Under the pieces are notes generated by a model. That model did no database searches. It was not told the DNA's origin and worked only from the letters and a program-made list of their open reading frames with translations. Of a DNA stretch of 64,000 nucleotides, positions 57,964 to 64,000 are shown piece after piece (position 1 is the stretch's first letter; every line of letters begins with the position of its first letter). Origin of the DNA: Psammoneis japonica (Eukaryota); contig QPGO01000147.1 of NCBI GenBank assembly GCA_008632985.1, positions 62,001-126,000 of the forward strand, written 5' to 3'. The translations under genes and the position numbers were made by a program.

Positions 57964-59175
57964 GTTGTTTCTTACAATTTTCCACCATGTGAGAAATGTT
58001 TCTGCACAGGCTCCAGCACAAATTCTGTGTGGCTCAGCAGAAACCACCAACCATCCACTGGCCACAGCTCCAGACTGCTTCTTCTGTCCATGACAACTGC
58101 TGGGACTCAATGCGAAGCACTGCCTCTGCAGTGCCTCCCTTGCAAGCATGAGTGTGAGTTGTCCTCTGGTGTCCATCAACTGCTTTTTTTGAAGATCTGT
58201 CTGAATGTGATTGTCCTTTGTAGTTTTGTGATGTGCCCTCTGTGTGGCTGTCACCTCCTGCTGCAAGCACACAACAAATTCCTTGTGGCAAGACACTCCT
58301 TTTCAGTCATTTGGCAGGGTGCCATCTTCTGGTGGTGCCTGCTCTGGCCAACCTCATGCAAGCTCCTGCCATGCTGAAGCAGTGTGCTGGGAGTGTGGGT
58401 TGGCCGGTGCTGGCCTGGCTGGCAACAGAGCAGCAGCACCAAAAAAATTGTTGTTTTTTGTGTGCACCATTTCCCATGTTGTGTTCTCTTCTGTTTGCCT
58501 TCTCTCTTGCAAAAAGAAGAGGCAACAGCCACAGGCAAAAAGCAGTGTGGGTGTGGTGTCGGTGTGTGTGTGGGGGCAAGCACATGGCTGGGGTTGCAAC
58601 AAGGCACCACCACCAAGCAAGTGGCACATTGATGTGGATTCAACGATTGTCTTGGGCCTTGGGTCATGGTGCTCCAGCATGGCACTCGGCACTGTTTTGC
58701 AGATGATGAGCATGTGGGGGATGGTTGGCCTCCTGGGGGTTGCAAGGCCCCTGCTCTTGCACCACCAAGCCATGTTTGGCTCTTTGCAGCCATCTCATCA
58801 ATCCTGCATGTGCAGCTTCAACTCACCACCACCCGCCGCTGACTTTGGATCACCTCCAGGAGGCAGCAGTCGCAGTGTCTGTGCCACACAATCACACAAC
58901 ATGGACGACAACTCATGTAAAGTAATGTGTGTTTAATGTGTCTGCTTGTTGAAACTTCCTTTGCTACAATCATAAAGGTTATGCTCCTGTCTACACTCCA
59001 GTCCAACCTCTCGTAGCAGACATCTCGGCGAAGCTTTGACTCACAGGACCAACGTTCTTATCAAGTCGTTGGATGCTAAAAGAACGTTTTTAGCAAAGTT
59101 TTCTTCTTAAAATTAAGGCAGCATCTATTGTGAATATGCTGTGGCTCTGTCCCGTTTCTTCCTTCAGTCTCCTGC

Positions 59176-60814
59176 TTATGCTTTTGATCCCTTGAGAGCC
59201 ATGGTTGTCCCAATGATCCCCATGACGAGACCCATAACGCCGGTAGCGACGGCAAGCGCTACATTGGTTGGTTCTTCCGAGTTCTTGCTGTTTTGAATGT
59301 ACATGTAGGTTGGGAACAGATAAATGACGGCATTCCCCCATGTGGCACCAGCCAAGGCGAGCAACTGTTTGAGATCCGTCACAACCAGTGCTAAGCCAGT
59401 CACGGCCAGCAGGAGTGCGACGGTCAAAGAATTCAGCATCACGTCACTTCTCTTAGCGGGTGACACCTTTAGCATATCCAACATGCCATCTCGGACGCCC
59501 GTAAAAGCAAGAGGATAACTGCACGACAATACCCGAGTCAAAGATTCGTGGTGTAATTGGTTGAGAACAAAAGACGACGCGAGCGATACAAGTGGAAAGC
59601 CAAACAAAAAAAGCAATCACTTACGACGCAAGAATTGATGTCGTGACAGCAAAACGGCTAAGAGACATGATGCCGTCACTTGTTGAGTAGTTGTTGAGGA
59701 TCAATCCATCGCTGGCTTGTCCAAATGTCAGAAAGCCCAAGGATGCAATCGTCGCAAACATAGTCACGGAAATCCCAAAACTGGTCAGAACCACTGTCTG
59801 GTATCGCTTGAGCGTATTGTTTTCCAGCTCCCAATAAAACTTTGGTGCATTGTAATGAGCCATGTAGGCTGTGGATAGCATACAAATAAAAACAACAAGC
59901 TGAGAGTTTCCACATGTTTCCACGAGCGTCTGCTTCGCCTCCGCAAGAGCAAAGCGGGGTCGAAACTCTGGCGCAATCGTCGCCCACAAGTTCCCCCCTT
60001 CTGCATAGTTCTGCCCAAAATATCGCACCGCCATGGCAATACCCGTATAGATCATTCCCATGATTCCCAGAATAGAAAATGGCGCCAACGATTTCAGGTC
60101 CTTGAGCAAACAGAGTGGCAACAGAATGACTGTGGTTGTTGCACACAGAGTTAAGGTTCTGCCCCAATCCACAACGCCCGAAAGCAATTGAGGAACCGTG
60201 TCGGATAAAATGATGCTATACGCTAAGACTGTGCACGAGGTAACCATCAGACATGCCAAGGCGGGAATCCAACTGGTTTTGGGCGAAACAGACTCGCTCC
60301 ATGCGTCCCGATACGATGTGGCACCTGTCGAGGCGCAGACACGCCCAATCAAACTAAAGCCATAACTGCTTGCCATACCAATACACAAGACGAGTATGGA
60401 TGCTGGAATTAGAGCCAGTGGCGAGTCTCCAAATGCAGCGATACCTTAGAGGAGCACATAACAAGCATAAAGTGAGTGAGGGCTGCATGACGTATGACAT
60501 GAGAGTTGAGAGGGAGCACGCCAAATTATTATGCGCAAGCATACCGTACCTGATGGCAAACCTAAAACTCCGGCACCCACAATACTCTTGACCAAATTAA
60601 AAACCTCGTTAGGTATCGACGCAGTTCCTGATCCAACAGCAACATCCTGTTTGCTTTTGACTTGCTCTTTCTGTGTGGATACGCGAGACGGTACTTTTGC
60701 GCGAGGAAACGACACAGCTGCACATGTAGTTGTGTGTTTAAGGCTACCAGCAGCAAAAAGTGATATCAGATACCATATGAACAAGACAGAGCGCGGTTTG
60801 TATTGTCGGTTCAT
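59176..60814 (-). CDS. Amino-acid transporter Aa_trans/SLC38-like, paralog 3; exons 60814-60550, 60444-59625, 59518-59176
   Basis: Motifs IPNEVFNLVKSIVGAGVLGLP, AHYNAPKFY and GFLTFG..GLILNNY. Introns 60549-60445 and 59624-59519; the second is at the shared S-Y-P position. Confidence 0.9.
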
Positions 60815-61129
60815 GGTTAAACAAGCTTTGGTACTGTAGCTGTTAGCTATGATCTATGATACTTTATACCGGTAGTTGTGTCTCCGTCTACGATATCCAT
60901 CATCCGCGTCAGACGAGGAAGTATAAGTTCGATGGGTCCTCCCGCCCGCCCGTCCGCCCGTGTGATCCTCCATCGCGCTGTCGACACTGCTGCTTCGGCA
61001 CGCAGCCGCACCGCCGTTCTCCGCTCTCACAATAACATCATCTGCAAGGTATGGTAGAACAAACACCTTACAGAGGGACTGGAGATTTTAAGAACAGAGG
61101 ATAAAACATCAAGACAGAGTGATAAAAAT

Positions 61130-62730
61130 GTGGAGGCCAGAGAAGTCGGAAAACAAAACACCGCTCGCGAGTGCGTCACGCCTTCTGAGAGCAACAACGA
61201 AGAAGGGCAGAGTCTGGCAACTGTGACCATCCATCAGCAGTTTGCATGGACTGGTCTAGCTCGTGATGCAGAGGAAGAGAAATCGCCACTTGCTGATGCA
61301 GGGTTGGAAACGAGTGATGAGAGCGACAATGTTTGGTTTGATGACCCAGCGCTGTGGAACGTTCTCGGCTTTGCTGTTGACGTTGGCCCTGACCACCTCA
61401 AATTGCAGTGCGTCTGTAAGCGGTGGAAGAGTGTCGTGGACATTCTAGTTCCCTCTGTCATTCTCAAAATGGCACGCCGACTGGAAGACTTTTCTGCCCG
61501 TGTTGTTGTTCCTCTCGATGAGATTGTGTTGCTGTGGGACGAAGCACTTGCGCTTTGCAAGACTCGCGACAGTGCTCTCTGCCAAAGAGTTGATGAGCAA
61601 AAGAACGGGAAACTTTCACACTGGCCAAAGCTTCAACCCCAATTCAGTGTTGCAATGATGCGATTCGTGTGTGACACTGCAACTCACCATCCCACCTGGG
61701 AGGATCTTGGATGCCGAACTGTGTGCGCGTCGATCCAGTCCTTTTTTGACGCCCTTGCCGATGAATCGGTGGACAAATTTTGGAAGACAGTGGAGAATAC
61801 AAAATTAGCGAGAACTGGTCCTTTGGAGCATGTTGAGAAGCTCGTCACTGTTTGGCGAGAATGGGCTGGCTTGGTAGAAACCGTAGATGGCTTGGCCGAC
61901 TGCCTCAACCACTTTTTCTTGAGGCAGCAAAATCTTCCATCAATCTCTCAGACAGCTGAACGCGCCTTGGTGGGCTTGGCAAGCGTCGCTCAGCAGAATT
62001 AGCAGCAATGACTGCATTGTTGCACAAGATTTCATTGTGAGTTGCGGCAGCGAGGATGTCACCAAAGGATTGGAGGCATTCGAACGTGATGTCATTTTGC
62101 AAGCATTGAGTGCTTGTGAAAGACTTCAGAGTTTTGCGCAATCCAGAGAAGTGGGCACTCAGCAGATCCCGGAGGGATGGGCTTTGGCACACAAGACTCA
62201 TTCATGGATTCAGTCTACATTGTCCCCTCTGTTGAAGGCCTGTTCTGGGGAGGACCATTTTAAGGCTGACAACGATGTAGAAGCAGTTGCTGCAAAGCCC
62301 ATCACTGTCCAGTGCCCTGGAGGTCACGAGCATGTCATGAAGTTGGACAGCCACTTTTTCAAATCCAGCGGATTTTTGAAACGTCTCAAACTGCAACCTG
62401 GTGATGTGATGCGCCTCCCGATTCAAAATGAAAGGATGGAAATGGTGCTTGAATTCCATGCAATGGATGAAGCAAACCCCTTGCCAAATCTTCTGACCCC
62501 TTTGATTGGAGAGTCCAAGAAACTGTTGGCGAGAGCCACTCGAGGTTCACATTGGACCTGTCGGGATCTACGATTATGAAGCTCATCGCCGATGCAAACC
62601 TTTTGGATTGCAGGAAGCTTGTTGATCTTTCCTGCACCGCGTTTGACAAGGTGTTGTCTTCGAAAACGCTTGAAGAACGTTGCCAAATGTTTTCTCAAGA
62701 AGAGGAAGCTCAGCAGACAAGGATGCGACG
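61130..62730 (+). pseudogene. F-box-like + cullin-repeat-like + Skp1-like coding region, frameshifted and TpA-depleted
   Basis: LWNVLGF...LQCVCKRWKSVV (F-box-like). LVTVWREW...DCLNHFFLRQQNLPSI (cullin repeat 1-like). RLPIQNERMEMVLEF...MKLIADANLLDCRKLVDLSC...KTLEERCQMF (Skp1-like). Two frame changes. No Tyr in the 290-aa and 180-aa ORFs. Confidence 0.55.
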
Positions 62731-63099
62731 GAATTACAAAGGCAGGATTAGGCCAACAAATTTTTTGTATCCTCATTGCCTGCCTGCTCATTCGTTCTTT
62801 CCCAGCAGTCGTCTTGGTCTTCCTCTTCCATGTCATTCTCATCGATGTCTTCATCAAAAACAGATTCGACCCAGTCGTCTTCGTTCATCACAAAGTGGCA
62901 TCCATGGAACTGGTGCATCCCAATTACCTCCATGTGCTGACGATCGGCGCGGATGCAAGGGTCGCGGTGCTCGTGGATGCACAATCGTGGAAAAAAGATT
63001 GCGACAACGTGCACCACCACGCAGAAGGGATCTCTCCGCCGTTCTGTGCATCTCGAACCCGAGAACAAGAATCAAGAAAAGGAATGAGGCGAGAAGACT

Positions 63100-63567
63100 T
63101 GGCACTGGCACTGGCAGCGACACTTGCAAGATGCGCTCTACAAGCCACAGTGCTGGTGCTCATGATGCGCCCATTGCTGCAAACAGCACCAAGAGTGGCA
63201 CCAAGCTTCCCTGCAGGAAAATGGTGGGGCTGCGCAGAGAACACAATTGGGCCTGCTCACAAGCACGCATGCACGTCACAATGTCTCATGTTGAGTTGTT
63301 GCTGTTGCCCATCAAATTAAAAAATTCTTTCCCCTGAATGTTGCACCACTGGCAGCATCACTGGCATTTTTTGTGTTGCTGGTGCAACTTCTTCCAGCTT
63401 GCTTCATTTTTGGCATCTCCCTCTGCTGGCAATGACGTGGTCTTCTGGTGGCGTGCAGTGCTCAAGGTGTGGCCATTGCTGATCACACCTGCAGCACCTC
63501 CCACTTCACGGCATGACCCCATTCCCCCAATGGCAGTGTGGTGCTGGCATGCCACACAACACAGCCA

Positions 63568-63598
<31 letters not shown>

Positions 63599-64000
63599 AG
63601 TGTCATTCTGGGCCCACACTCAAGCTTCAGAGTGCAAGCAAGCCAAGTGTTTGTGACGACTCTCACTTCTTCATGCAAAACAGCCAGTGCTCTCAACAAT
63701 GCTGCAGAGGAAGCAGAAATGAGCTGCCATTGTTGTTGGCATCATTCCATGCCGCTCAAGCAGCTGTCAAAAATGCAAGAATCAAAATGACAGTGGAGAG
63801 CACTGGTGGTGGCTGGAATGTGTGCACGTGCTGTTGCCGCTGTGAAATGCTGAAGGCCTTTGCCAGCATTGCATTTGTTCTCTCTTCAACCCTGTTGTTT
63901 GTTCTTTTTTGTCCAAGACTTGCCATTTCTCTCTTTTTGCCTTTTCTGCAGCTCACGTGCTGAGCAGCTCAACTCGCTGAAATGCTGCAACAATCAAAAA
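63100..64000. repeat. TpA/CpG-depleted island 4 including a (CTG)9 tract at 63571-63597
   Basis: Same compositional signature as the other islands; continues off the window end. Confidence 0.7.

Larger units (their letters stand above)
48620..58920. repeat. Older TpA- and CpG-depleted repeat island 3 (decayed DNA transposons and gene fragments)
   Basis: Manual count for 55801-56400 gives about 3 TA and about 5 CG. Strong TG/CA excess, short Cys/His-rich ORFs, and a sharp return to normal composition at about 58920. Confidence 0.78.

Noticed and set aside
36490..58920. Classical fungal RIP or simple 5mC decay as the sole explanation
   Set aside because: RIP increases TpA and CpG decay does not remove it. 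Here TpA is gone while CpG persists in the LINEs.
63358..63699. Poly-Gln ORF
   Set aside because: Arises from the (CTG)n microsatellite inside a hypermutated island.

Overview
This is eukaryotic nuclear DNA, most likely from a diatom: GT-AG introns of 75-106 nt, bipartite signal/plastid presequences with an ASAF-type cleavage motif, secreted proteins with RXL pro-peptide motifs, and diatom-type LINEs. Ordinary gene-rich blocks (about 5.5-13.4, 16.5-36.3 and 59.1-60.8 kb) carry three paralogous Aa_trans/SLC38-like amino-acid transporters, a plastid-targeted FAD monooxygenase, a nuclear-encoded Clp/Hsp100 ATPase, a secreted lipase-like hydrolase, BTB, LRR and IQ-motif proteins, a twin-CX9C protein and two secreted repeat proteins. 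They alternate with repeat islands (about 2.3-5.3, 13.7-16.3, 36.5-58.9 and 61.1-64 kb). The islands include a CRE-clade LINE interrupted by a TIR MITE and by an 8-kb Ambal-like LINE with a 9-bp TSD, a decayed piggyBac-like/YqaJ element, a kinesin-13 fragment and an F-box/cullin/Skp1-like pseudogene. The main discovery is that these islands have lost almost all TpA dinucleotides. Conserved Tyr/Leu/Val/Ile residues of transposon enzymes are systematically replaced by Cys, His, Pro, Ser, Ala or Thr, which is what TA->TG and TA->CA changes on both strands would produce. In the younger LINEs this happened while CpG is still abundant. This points to a RIP-like but A:T->G:C, TpA-specific DNA hypermutation process acting on repeats. 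No enzyme responsible is visible in the window.
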